From contig CAVYVF010000023.1 of NCBI GenBank assembly GCA_963771885.1, positions 320,001 to 384,000 of the forward strand: a stretch of DNA of 64,000 nt, in the 5' to 3' direction. The notes under the pieces were generated by a model. The model was not told where the DNA came from. It was given only the letters and a program-made list of their open reading frames with translations, and did no database searches. A program made the translations under genes and the position numbers. Every line of letters begins with the position of its first letter. Within the stretch, counting starts at the first letter, position 1. This document shows positions 1 through 10,102 of the stretch, in pieces. This DNA is from Candidatus Bathyarchaeota archaeon. GTDB taxonomy: Archaea; Thermoproteota; Bathyarchaeia; TCS64.

Positions 1-122
1 CCGTTCGCGTCCATGAGTTCGAGGAGCGCATTGAAGGCTCCGTCGTTTTCTCCGGCGCCCTCGACTGCATAGATGGTGGAAACGGGCTTTACCGATGCCT
101 CCCTCGCCTCTAGCGATAACAT
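1..122 (-). CDS. N-terminal fragment of a protein running off the left edge (MLSLEAREASVKPVSTIYAVEGAGENDGAFNALLELMDAN...)
   Basis: Minus-strand ATG at 122, open to the window edge, divergent from the amidohydrolase; product not recognised. Confidence 0.45.
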   Translation of the reverse strand, partial: MLSLEAREASVKPVSTIYAVEGAGENDGAFNALLELMDAN

Positions 123-227
123 GTACGAATCACTGCTTCACGCCCTCATCAACCTTCGCAAATAGCTTGATATCCCACGTCAAATTCCTAGAAGACTATT
201 CGGAGGCATAGAGACACGAAGTCAAAG

Positions 228-1133
228 ATAGGCATCGAGGTCATAGACGCGCACGCCCACTTCATGACAGCGAACTCCATCAAGGCGTGGAGCCAGCGCG
301 GGCGCAGCATGGCGAGCTTCACTAAAAGAACGCAGACGCGCACCGATATGAAGACCATAGAGCTACCCGACGAAGACTACGATGCGGGGCAAAAGTGGGC
401 AGGTGAGCTCGATCGCTACGGCGTAAGCAGCGTCGGCTTGATGATCGGCCCCGAGACCTATGATGAGTTCATCGAGGCGAGAAAGAGGTTTCCAGGGTAC
501 TTCCTCGGCTACCTAAATGTCCAGCCAGCTGACCCGGAGGCTCCGAAAAAGATCAGGCAGGCAGCGAAGGACGGCTTCTACGGCATCAAGCTCTACCCTT
601 CGACGTGGAGGGACATGCACGTCTACGACCAACAGCTCTACCCGATCTACGAGGAGGTACAGAGGAACAAGATGGTCGTCTTCTGCCACTTCGGAGTCAG
701 CATCGGCGGCGACGCCGACCTGCGAAGCGGCAACCCCATCGACATACAAATACCAGCACGCGACTTCCCCGACACCAATTTCATAATCGCCCACTTCGGC
801 GCCGGCTGGTTCCGAGAGGTCCTCCTCCTGCAGTACCAGGCTGACAACGTCTACATGGACAGCAGCGGCAGCAACATCTGGTACAAGTACCTCCCCGAGG
901 ACCTCAGCGTTAGGGACATCTTCCGACACGCTCTGCGTGCCGGAGGACCCGACAAGATACTCTTCGGAACAGACTCCACTTTCTTCCCACGCGGCTTCCG
1001 CTACAACATCCTAGAGGAGCAGTTCAACGCCCTGCAGAGCCTGAAGAAGGACGGCTTCGTAAACGACGAGGGCATCGCAAAGATATTCGCTGACAACCAC
1101 AAGCGTCTTACCGGATACAAGCCAAGGGAATAA
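228..1133 (+). CDS. Amidohydrolase family protein (Amidohydro_2 / TIM-barrel metallohydrolase); start uncertain
   Basis: IDAHAH metal motif encoded in frame at 243-260, upstream of the first ATG (264); GIKLYP, IIAHFG and ILFGTDS motifs. Confidence 0.85.
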   Translation: MGIEVIDAHAHFMTANSIKAWSQRGRSMASFTKRTQTRTDMKTIELPDEDYDAGQKWAGELDRYGVSSVGLMIGPETYDEFIEARKRFPGYFLGYLNVQPADPEAPKKIRQAAKDGFYGIKLYPSTWRDMHVYDQQLYPIYEEVQRNKMVVFCHFGVSIGGDADLRSGNPIDIQIPARDFPDTNFIIAHFGAGWFREVLLLQYQADNVYMDSSGSNIWYKYLPEDLSVRDIFRHALRAGGPDKILFGTDSTFFPRGFRYNILEEQFNALQSLKKDGFVNDEGIAKIFADNHKRLTGYKPRE

Positions 1134-1135
1134 CC

Positions 1136-1817
1136 ATGCCACGAAAGAGGTCGAAGGGGATACCCGACCGCAATCCTCATCGGCCTCGACAATCAGTCCG
1201 CCAACCTCTGGCTCGTCTACAGTGAATCGCTGAAACAGGGAAAGACGATAACGAAGATAGGCAACGACGAAAAAACGGCCTATAAGCACTACGAAGAGAT
1301 TGTGGAAGCTATTAGAACACTGCTGCCTGAGGGCTTCAACCAACTCCTCATCGCCTCAACGGAGAAATACACGAGAAAATCCGGATTCATAGAATATATC
1401 AACCGCAGCCACAGCTGGCTCACAAAGAAACTCACAGTAAAGTTGCTAGACAAGAAAGCGGTGACGAAAATGGATGTCCTCCAGCTCGTCAAGATGAACA
1501 TTATACAGGAGAGTGTCGCCGAGGCGGCAGTTGAATCTAATGAGAATGTCATGGAGATGCTAGAGAAAGCCCTGAACAGCGGCGACGTTATGTTCACAAT
1601 AGAAGAATTATCTTACGCCCTCCGCGACGAGGCTGTGCCTGAGTTCATCCTCGTCACCGAAAAATTCGACAACTCATGGAGGGGAAACCGCCGCTACCAA
1701 AGCATGATCCAACGCGTTAAGAACATGAAAGCAACATTCACAATAGTAAAGCACGATACCCCTGCTAACGTACGCCTTGAACAGCTCGGCGGATTCGTCA
1801 GTGTAATTCGGCGGTAA
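1136..1817 (+). CDS. Pelota/aRF1 domain 2-3-like protein lacking the N-terminal domain; apparent +1 frameshift near 1151
   Basis: ATG 1136 (MPRKR) joins the RRGYPTAILIGLD... frame after one extra base; C-terminus TIVKHDTPANVRLEQLGGFVSVIR resembles the eRF1_3/Pelota C-terminal motif. Confidence 0.6.
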
Positions 1818-1972
1818 CCTGAAACCAAATATGCCTTTTCGCCGCAAGGTGGAAATAACCCCCTTACTAAATTATACAATGAAATAGTTATTTATATCAA
1901 CATAGAGTAACATCGACGACCACGACGCAGCAAAAAGATATAGATGCTCTCAGATTAAGAGAGGAAGAAACG

Positions 1973-3350
1973 TTAAATCTCGTCTAAGAAAGCATGCGCC
2001 TTTTCTAAGAATTGACTTGGTATGTAAGTATCAGCTGTCGGTACGCCCATCTTCCTCAGTTTTTCGATCGCTGAAGCTGTATATGGTCTAAATATTTCCT
2101 TATGCGCTAGGGGACTTATCCCGGCGAATACTCTGATGCCGTCGTCAAGCATCCGTCCGATTACCTCATAGTTCTGTCTGTTTTCTACGTCGTCCTTCCC
2201 TGGATCGGTGAGGACGAAGTCACTGAAGTAGAAACATATGCGGTCGCTACGCTCCGAGGCCTCAGCGAGCTGGTCGTAGGCCCACTGTATGCTCTTGTTC
2301 GGCACGGTACCGCCCCAGGTGGAGCCCTCGACTGTTCCGCGGAACCTGAACTCCATCTGCGTCGTCGTCATCGTAATCATATCGAGAAGCTGCTCAAGGA
2401 CGGGCTCAAGGTCAATCTCATCGCTCAAGTCCTTGATGACGTGGCTGTTGCTCTCGTAGAGAATGAGGCCCCACTTATCGTTGCGCAGCCCCCACATGAG
2501 TGGTATGAGGCTCAGTATACTGTAGTTGACAGAATTAATGCCCTCAAAGTCGTAGAACATAGTGTTACTGATATCTTGGATGTAGACGATGCTCCTGTTC
2601 TTCTTCTTGCGCTTGAGCATCATGAAGTCATCAGGGCGTATCTCCTCGAGCTTCCTGCCGAGGTCAATGATATTCTCGAGACTCCGGTCTTCATCGATGG
2701 AGTCTGTGTCCTCGCCGGGCTGGAACGGGCGCACCGAGGCTACCCTGCTCCAGTCATCCTTCCTCTCAAGCTCCCTTCCGAGCTTCATGAGGCGCTCCTT
2801 GAGGAGGTGGGCGAGGAGCTTACGCATCTTCTCGTCCCTCTCCTCCTTGAAGGTCTTGGCGCCGAACTTCAGTATCTTGTCCTCGCCGGGGCCAACGCCG
2901 ATGTCGGGTTTGTTGCTCAGTTTCTTGAACTGATCTGGCCCTGTGATACTGGGGTTGTCGTTGACAATGTTCTGTTCAAGCCCCTTCGCATGTGGTGTGA
3001 CGTAGACCTCCTGGCTCTTCTTGCTGAGAAGGCTGAGGAGCTGGTCGCCGTCCATCTCGTCTTGGGGCTCCTCCTCGTACTCGTCAATGTTAGTGAGGAT
3101 ATCGAGGGCGATCTTCTCCGCCATCTTCTGATTGTCGACCTGGCTCGTGATCACCGCAGCGCGGAGCAGATCACGTGAATGTTAGACAACCGTTACGCAT
3201 GTAGCCGGGGAGCAGAATTTTCCCCATGTTTATGCTCTGGCGGGGGCTCGGTTTCTCGACCACCTCCCTGCTCTTCCGCATACGCTGAATGAACTCGGGT
3301 ATGAAGTAGTTCGCGTAGTGGAAGGGGTACTCCAGGGAGGAGGTGGACAT
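1973..3350 (-). CDS. VWA (von Willebrand factor A) domain protein, MoxR partner; apparent +1 frameshift near 3173
   Basis: MIDAS-like IVYIQDISNTM, WGGT and FYFSD motifs; ATG 3350 follows the MoxR stop directly and reads MSTSSLEYPF...CLTF, then shifts into DLLRAAVITSQ. Confidence 0.8.
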
Positions 3351-3351
3351 C

Positions 3352-4251
3352 TCAGCCCAGTACCTTCTTGATTATCTCATCGACGACCTTCGACACCGTC
3401 TTACCCTCTTCACCCCTCACCTTCATCTCCTTGGCGAGCACCGCGGGGGCGAAGAACCTGATGGTGGCGTCCTCGGTCTCGAAGCGGTCGATATACTTGT
3501 TGACGAGGCGGGTAAGATAGATTCCGCTGCGTGGCGATGCGGGGATCTCAAGCACCGGGCTCTCTCGAGTAGCCTTGACAATCTCGTAAATTTTATCAAG
3601 GGCGCTTATGGGGAGGCTGAAGGCGGGGGTGTTCTCTTTGAGTATCTCGAGCTCCGTCTCCTTCGTCGGGTATGTGAGCCTGATCCAGCAGCCTATACGG
3701 TCGACGAGGACCTTACTGAGCCTGTAGGTTCCGGAGGTCTCAATAGGGTTCTGGGTTGCGACGAAGGCGAAGCTCTCCTGCGCCTTGACCATGCCAAGGG
3801 GGAAGAGGTGGTAATGGCGCTCCTCCAGCGGCGCGATGAGGCTGTTCTGACAGAACTCTGTTGCGCGGTTAAGCTCATGGGCGACGAAGAGGCCCCCCTC
3901 GACCATAGCGCGGATGAGTGGACCCGGCTCGAAGCTGCTGATGTTCCTACCACTACGTACAACGAGTGCAGGGTCGAAGCTTCCGATGAGGCGGCTCGGC
4001 GTCACGTTCTCGTCGAAGAAGACCTCGTGGAAGCTACGTTGCGTGTCTTCGGCGACTTTTCGGGCTAGGAGGCTCTTGCCTACACCGGGTGGGCCGACGA
4101 GACAAGGGGTGATGCCTGTGTCTAGGGCATCCTTCAATAAGCTGTAGGCGGTCTCGTACTGTCCCTTGAGTACAACTGGATGCTCTATGCGAATGTTCTC
4201 GACGATGCTCTTCTCCAGCATCTTGCGGAAGCCCTGCTCCTTCTCCGCCAT
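3352..4251 (-). CDS. MoxR-family AAA+ ATPase
   Basis: Walker A GPPGVGKS, FEPGPL, variant Walker B FVAHELNR, ATQNP-E--GTYRL, SPR sensor. Confidence 0.9.
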   Translation of the reverse strand: MAEKEQGFRKMLEKSIVENIRIEHPVVLKGQYETAYSLLKDALDTGITPCLVGPPGVGKSLLARKVAEDTQRSFHEVFFDENVTPSRLIGSFDPALVVRSGRNISSFEPGPLIRAMVEGGLFVAHELNRATEFCQNSLIAPLEERHYHLFPLGMVKAQESFAFVATQNPIETSGTYRLSKVLVDRIGCWIRLTYPTKETELEILKENTPAFSLPISALDKIYEIVKATRESPVLEIPASPRSGIYLTRLVNKYIDRFETEDATIRFFAPAVLAKEMKVRGEEGKTVSKVVDEIIKKVLG

Positions 4252-4656
4252 GGTTTAGTCCATCAACCATTAACTAGCCTTAATTTAAATCTTCAACCCC
4301 GGCAGCGTTAACACTCTAATCAAAGATTGACGATTCAAATAGGCGGTATTGGCTGAATAAAATAATTGCTTGAGTGAGCAGATATTTACGGTACTATTTA
4401 ACCAATTGAAGTAATTACAACACCTGTTTTTAGGCTGCTTGACTGTATATTACCCATTTTTTTGGTCGTTTAAAGTGTATTTCTGCCTGTTTATGGGCAT
4501 ATTATCTATTTTTCGAGCAATGGAGAGAGTATTTTTCATCAAATGAATATTTCATAGTCAACCTTTAAATCCTCCTTCGCTGACTCTTTACGGAATCGTT
4601 ACTCTTTTAACAGTCAAGGTTAGAGTGGTAACGAATCACTGAGGGATAAATGACCC

Positions 4657-5481
4657 GTGATTGAGATAAGGTTGCACGGCAGGGGCGGCCAAGGGGCCGT
4701 CACCGCCTCTAGGATCATCGCCACGGCAGCCTATGAGGAAGGCAAATACAGTCAGGCCATCCCCATGTACGGCACCGAGAGGCGAGGAGCACCTCTCACC
4801 GCGTACGTCCGCATCGACAACGTACGTGTTAGGGAGAGGGAGCTTGTTCATACTCCCGGCATCAGTCTCTGCTTCGACCCACTGATCAGCCTGCAGCAGG
4901 CTGTCGCAAACGACCTACTGCCCGGTGGCCAGGTCCTGCTCAACGCCCCGTTCTCGCCTGAGAAGAGCGAGCTAGCGGGCGACATCAACATTGCCACGGT
5001 CGACGCCACCAGCATCGCGCTCGAGACGCTCGGCAGGCCCATCACGAACACCGCCCTTCTGGGCGCCTTTGCGAAGGCGACCGGCGTCGTCAAGCTTGAG
5101 TCCATCGAGAAGGCCATCAAGAAGTACTTCCCAGGCAGACTAGGCGATATGAACATCGCCGCTGTCAGGAAGAGCTACGAGAAGGTCTCCCCCTGGGTCC
5201 CCGCGAAGAACAAGGTCGCCCCCAAGATGCAGGTTGACCTCAACGTCGGCGGGTACGGCACCCTTAAGGACGTCAGTAGCTGGCGTGTCTTCTACCCCGA
5301 GGTAAACGAGGAGAAGTGCATCGGCTGTAAAACGTGCTGGATCTTCTGCCCTGAGGCCGCTCTTGAGTGGAAGGAGAACAACAAGCCAGCGATGGTCGAC
5401 CGCGCCTGCAAGGGTTGTGGAGTCTGTGCAAATGAGTGCCCAGTCAAGGCCATCGAGATGAAGAGGGTGGAGATCAAGTAG
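4657..5481 (+). CDS. 2-oxoacid:ferredoxin oxidoreductase gamma-delta fusion subunit
   Basis: IRLHGRGGQGAVT and YGTERRGAP (gamma), plus a C-terminal 2x[4Fe-4S] ferredoxin CIGCKTCWIFCP/CKGCGVCANECP (delta). Confidence 0.92.
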   Translation: MIEIRLHGRGGQGAVTASRIIATAAYEEGKYSQAIPMYGTERRGAPLTAYVRIDNVRVRERELVHTPGISLCFDPLISLQQAVANDLLPGGQVLLNAPFSPEKSELAGDINIATVDATSIALETLGRPITNTALLGAFAKATGVVKLESIEKAIKKYFPGRLGDMNIAAVRKSYEKVSPWVPAKNKVAPKMQVDLNVGGYGTLKDVSSWRVFYPEVNEEKCIGCKTCWIFCPEAALEWKENNKPAMVDRACKGCGVCANECPVKAIEMKRVEIK

Positions 5482-5493
5482 GAGGATAATGAA

Positions 5494-6687
5494 ATGTCAT
5501 ACGAAGTAATGGTCGGTAACAAGGCGACGGCCGTCGGCTGTAAACTCGCACGCGTTAAGGTAGCCGCAGTCTTCCCAATCACACCGCAGACGACGATCAC
5601 CGAGTACCTCTCGGAGATCCACGCCTCGGGTGAGCTACCCAACTTTGAGTTCATCAACGCTGAGGGAGAGCTCGCCAGCCAGGTCATCGCCCAAGCGGCG
5701 GAGGCCACCGGCGCGCGTAGCTTCACATGCACCTCAGGTCCCGGTCTCCTATACATGCACCACCCGATGCAGGAAACTGCCAGCAAAAGGCTACCCCTCG
5801 TCATGGCGGTCGTCCACCGCGGCGTCAAGAGCATGCAGCCTGACCACAGCGACCTAATGTCGCAGCAGTGGCAGGGCTGGCTCCACATATATGTGGAGAA
5901 CGCCCAGGAGATACTAGACACGACAATTATGGCGTACAAGATCGCCGAGGACAAGAGGATACGACTCCCAGTCGCAATGGGCTATGACGGCTACGTCCTC
6001 AGCTACACGGCTGAGCCCGTCGAGATTCCATCGCAGGAGGAGATAGATGCCTTCTTGCCGCCCTACAAGCCAATGCCAGGAATACTCCCCGTATCGGATG
6101 ATGCGAAGTGGAAGGACTTTGAAGTCAACCCTAATACCTTCGGCGCCGGATGGGGCGAGGGTGACCCCATGAAGCCGTGGCAGGTCCACAACGAAGCGGT
6201 CCTTAACGGTGAGAAGGTCATCAAAGAGGTCTTCGCCGAGTGGAGTAAAAAATTCGGCCGCACATACGGTAACGGCATGATTGAGCAGTACCGCGTCGAG
6301 GGAGCTGACTGCGTCATCACCGCGATGGGCACGATCGCCGGAACCGCGATGGCAGCCATCGACAAGCTCTGGGCGGACGGCAAGAAGGTCGGGCTCGTGA
6401 AGATCAGGAGCTTCCTGCCCTTCCCGAGGACCGACTTCCAGGAGATCGCCAAGAATGTGAAGGCCATAGGTGTCTTCGACCGCAGCTGCCAGCCTGGCAT
6501 GTGGGGCCCCGTCTATCACCAGATGAGGAGCACCCTCTACGACGAGGCGAAGCAGACCCCCGTCATCGGTTTCATCGGTGGCCTCAGTGGAAAGGAGGTG
6601 CGCGTAGGCGACATGTACAAGATCGGCGAGAAGACCCTAAAGGTCGCTCAGGGTGGGAAGCCGGATGCTCCCATCCAGTGGGTGTAG
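5494..6687 (+). CDS. porA: 2-oxoacid:ferredoxin oxidoreductase alpha subunit (POR/VOR type; substrate uncertain)
   Basis: FPITPQT, TSGPGLLYM, DHSD and DGYVLS motifs; operon position; SD GGAGG. Confidence 0.88.
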   Translation: MSYEVMVGNKATAVGCKLARVKVAAVFPITPQTTITEYLSEIHASGELPNFEFINAEGELASQVIAQAAEATGARSFTCTSGPGLLYMHHPMQETASKRLPLVMAVVHRGVKSMQPDHSDLMSQQWQGWLHIYVENAQEILDTTIMAYKIAEDKRIRLPVAMGYDGYVLSYTAEPVEIPSQEEIDAFLPPYKPMPGILPVSDDAKWKDFEVNPNTFGAGWGEGDPMKPWQVHNEAVLNGEKVIKEVFAEWSKKFGRTYGNGMIEQYRVEGADCVITAMGTIAGTAMAAIDKLWADGKKVGLVKIRSFLPFPRTDFQEIAKNVKAIGVFDRSCQPGMWGPVYHQMRSTLYDEAKQTPVIGFIGGLSGKEVRVGDMYKIGEKTLKVAQGGKPDAPIQWV

Positions 6688-6702
6688 GAGAGGTAATGTG
6701 AA

Positions 6703-7602
6703 ATGAGTGCAAGCATGAAGATGACGAGAGCCCAGGTCCCCATGGATGAGATGATTCTTGCGCCGGGTAGCACCTGCCAGGGTTGCGGTGCCGCCATGGC
6801 CGCGAGGCTCACCTTCAAGGTCTTAGGCTCCAACCTCATCAGGCACGGAATCCCGTGCTGCCCCGACCACGTCTCGAAGCACCCCCGCGCGGGCTCGGTC
6901 TTCGAGGCAGGAGGCGCATCCCTGACTGGTACCTCCCGAGCCCTAAAGGCTCTGGGAAGGACCGACGTCAAGGCCGTAGCCTTCTACGGAGACGGCGGAA
7001 CCTACGACATAGGCTTCCAGGCGCTATCGGCCGCTGCTGAGCGCAACGAGAACATCCTTGTGATAACGAAGGACAACGAGGCCTATATGAACACGGGCGG
7101 ACAGAGGAGTGGAGGAACCCCCAAGTACGCGGAGACCACCACTAACCCGGTTGGCCCGAACAGCAGGGGTAAGAACGAGCCAAAGAAGAACATACCCATG
7201 ATCTTTGCGGCCCACTACGTTCCCTACATCGCCACCGCCTCAGTCGCCTTCCCCGAGGACCTCATGCAGAAGGTCAAGTACGCCAAGGACATCGAGGGTT
7301 TCAGGATGATACTCATCCAGGCCCCGTGCCCCGTCGGTTGGCGCTTCGACCCAGCAAAGACGATCGAACTCGCGCGCTCCGGCGTCCAGGCGGGCGTCTG
7401 GCCGCTCTACGAGATCGAGCACGGCACAAGCTTCAAGCTCAACTATAAGCCGAAGGAGCTGAAGCCCGTGAGCGAGTACCTCAAGCCTCAGAGCCGCTTC
7501 CGCCACATGACGGAGGCCGAGGTCAACGAGGTACAAGGCAACGTCACGACCAACTGGGCGAGACTCCTTAAGGCAGACGAGCTGAAGACGGTAGTCCTGT
7601 AA
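6703..7602 (+). CDS. porB: 2-oxoacid:ferredoxin oxidoreductase beta subunit (TPP-binding)
   Basis: CQGCG, GDGGTYDIGFQALS...DNEAYMNTGGQRSGGTP TPP motif, PCPVGW. Confidence 0.9.
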   Translation: MSASMKMTRAQVPMDEMILAPGSTCQGCGAAMAARLTFKVLGSNLIRHGIPCCPDHVSKHPRAGSVFEAGGASLTGTSRALKALGRTDVKAVAFYGDGGTYDIGFQALSAAAERNENILVITKDNEAYMNTGGQRSGGTPKYAETTTNPVGPNSRGKNEPKKNIPMIFAAHYVPYIATASVAFPEDLMQKVKYAKDIEGFRMILIQAPCPVGWRFDPAKTIELARSGVQAGVWPLYEIEHGTSFKLNYKPKELKPVSEYLKPQSRFRHMTEAEVNEVQGNVTTNWARLLKADELKTVVL

Positions 7603-7611
7603 GACTACCAA

Positions 7612-7622
7612 GCCCTTTTTTC
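7612..7622 (+). terminator. Probable archaeal T-tract terminator of the oxidoreductase operon
   Basis: CCC followed by a T run about 10 nt after the stop codon. Confidence 0.4.
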
Positions 7623-7699
7623 ATATCTAGCTCCGCCCAGCGGATGCTGGATTTTTTCTCCTAAAGTTTATCCCCTGATGTGCCCCCCGTCTCTGCGTC

Positions 7700-8884
7700 T
7701 TGTCGACTCTGGATCGGCTGAGAGGGGGACTACCGGGGAGCTTCTACGCAGTCGCCTTCGCGGGCTTCCTCTGGGAGATGGGCCTCTTCATGACGCAGCC
7801 GATACTGACTCTCCACTACCTAAACATCGGTGCGTCAATCCTATTCATAGGTGTGATATTGGGGCTGCAGGCCTTCCTACTAATCTTCCTCAGGCTGCCG
7901 CTGACTATTCTAGCGACGCGTGTGGGGGAGAGGAGGATGCTCGCTGTGAGCTTCGGGGCTCAAGCTCTGCAGCTTGCCCTCATCGGGTTCGCGCCAAGCC
8001 CAGCATGGCTCTACTTCATACCTATCGTGCAGCTTGTGGCCACGGGGACTTTCTTCCAGCTCATCACGGCGATGAACAGCGAGCAGGCGCCGCCGGATAG
8101 GCAGGGAGACGCCCTCGGGAGGCACATGACGATCGTCTCGTCTGGGATGTTCATAGGGCCGGCTCTCTGCGGGGTACTTGTTGCCCCCCTCGGCTACCCG
8201 CGGGTGTTCCTTATCGCCTCGTTATTTCCCCTAGCGGGGTTGGCGATACTGCTCCGGGTGACTGGCCTCGGGGCGGGTAGGAACCTGCGTAGCCATGAGC
8301 TGCCCTCCCTTACGTCGCTCAAGACGCTGCTGGGGCAGAGGAACGTCGTTGCCCTCGCCGTGATACGCACACTCTACTCGACCTCGAACAACCTCTTCCT
8401 CACCCTCTTCAGCATCTACGCCGTGCAGAGTCTAGGCTTCAACCCGTCACTGGTCGCTATCCTATACTCGATCCAAGGCGTCGCTAACGCGTTCGTGAAG
8501 GTGCCGATGGGCTGGGCGTCGGATAAGTGGGGTCGCAAGACTGTGCTCCTGGTGACCTTCTCGGGGATCGTTCTCAGTTATGTTGGCTTCGCGTCGCTGA
8601 CCGCCTACCCGCTTATCGCGGCTGTGATGCTCTTCTTCGGCGCCTGTTGGGGGGCTCGCGCCGTGACTGAGTGGGCGTTCCTCGCCGTCATAGTGCCCCC
8701 CGAGTCGCGTACGATTGCCATCGGCTACATGGAAAGCTTCTGGGACATCGGCAGCAGCGCCGGGAGCCTCCTCGCCGGCGTCGCCATCGGGCTCCTACCC
8801 TACCAGACTATCTTCCTGCTTCTCGCAGCGCTTAACCTCCCAGCGATACCCTCCATACTCTTGATGAGGGAGGAGCGGAAATGA
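7700..8884 (+). CDS. MFS transporter
   Basis: About 12 hydrophobic helices; motif A variants ATRVGERR and GWASDKWGRK. Confidence 0.88.
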   Translation: MSTLDRLRGGLPGSFYAVAFAGFLWEMGLFMTQPILTLHYLNIGASILFIGVILGLQAFLLIFLRLPLTILATRVGERRMLAVSFGAQALQLALIGFAPSPAWLYFIPIVQLVATGTFFQLITAMNSEQAPPDRQGDALGRHMTIVSSGMFIGPALCGVLVAPLGYPRVFLIASLFPLAGLAILLRVTGLGAGRNLRSHELPSLTSLKTLLGQRNVVALAVIRTLYSTSNNLFLTLFSIYAVQSLGFNPSLVAILYSIQGVANAFVKVPMGWASDKWGRKTVLLVTFSGIVLSYVGFASLTAYPLIAAVMLFFGACWGARAVTEWAFLAVIVPPESRTIAIGYMESFWDIGSSAGSLLAGVAIGLLPYQTIFLLLAALNLPAIPSILLMREERK

Positions 8885-10049
8885 GAGTCAACAGCTTGCT
8901 CAGGCACTCGGGCGATCCTCTTCGGCGGCTTCCTAGCCCTCACCGTCCTCGCCATCATGAACTCCGCCTACAGCTACGTTTTAGGTTCCATCAAGGATGA
9001 GATGGCGCTAAGCTACACTGAGAGCGGGGCGCTTATGTCGGCGTACTTCAGTGGGTACACTGTAGGGCAGATCCCGTGGGGGCTCCTCGCAGATCGCTTT
9101 GGGAGCAAGCGTATTATGTCGGTGAGCGTTCTCGGCGTCTCCGCGGCGACGGTTCTCTTCGGCTTCGGAGACGACTTCCTCGGGCTGGCTGCGGCACGCT
9201 TCGCGGCGGGGCTTCTCGGGGCAGGCGTCTTCGTCCCGGCGGTTAGGCTTATCGCAGGGTGGTACGAGGCGCGTGAGAGGGGAACGGCGCTGGGCATTCT
9301 GAACATCGGCGGCAGCATCGGGCTAATAATTGTCACCTGGTCGTCGCCTCTACTCGCCCTCGCCTACGGGTGGAGGTTCTCAATAATAGTACAGGGCGCC
9401 GTAGGCGTGGCGGCGTCAGTGCCTAGTCTGGCTCAGCCTCAAGGACGGGACTCGGAGCGGCAAGGTCTCAGGCGGCGCCGTCGTCTCAGCGATGAAACGC
9501 GGTAGCTTCTGGGTGCTCGCCCTGTCCCAGTTCATACGCTTAGGTAGCTACTATACGTTCCTCGCCTGGCTCCCCCTTCTGCTCAAAGAAGACTACGGGT
9601 TAGATATGGTGCTCGTCGGCACCGCGATGAGCCTCTTCAACTTCGCTGGTATGGTGTCGAATCCCGCCGGTGGGATTCTCGCGGACTTCATCGGGGAGAA
9701 GAAGGTCCTCGCTGCCAGCTTCGTTCTTCTGTCTATGAACGTCTACGCCCTCACGGTGCTGCCGGATGGAACATGGATACTTGTAGCCTCCTTCCTGCTT
9801 GGGTGGCTGATCAACTTCGTCAGGAGCCCGGCTTTCACGATAATCCCGCGCTTATTTGGGGCTGAGACTGCGGGGAGCCTCTCAGGTTTCCACAACACTT
9901 TCGCGAGTCTCGGGGCACTTACATTGCCACTTGTTCTCGGGATAGTCAGAGATGCTACAGCGAGCTATGACATAGGCTGGTTTGCGCTGAGCACTCTTAT
10001 GCTCGTCGGCACAGGCCTGATAGCCGTCATTCGGGTTCCGGATAGCTGA
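8881..10049 (+). CDS. MFS transporter with two apparent +1 frameshifts (about 8909 and 9422)
   Basis: ATGA overlap with the upstream gene; GLLADRFGSKR and GILADFIGEKK motifs; fragments 8957-9505 and 9492-10049 join into one 12-TM protein. Confidence 0.8.
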
Positions 10050-10102
10050 CAAAACTATACCCTTTTAAGCTGATTTTTCAACTCCACCATGAAGTGAACC
10101 GT

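Noticed and set aside
2441..4068. Long + strand ORFs 2441-3178 and 3343-4068 (and similar ones at 31545, 34905, 46678, 52231)
   Set aside because: Antisense shadows of well-supported genes in a GC-rich genome; no recognisable motifs
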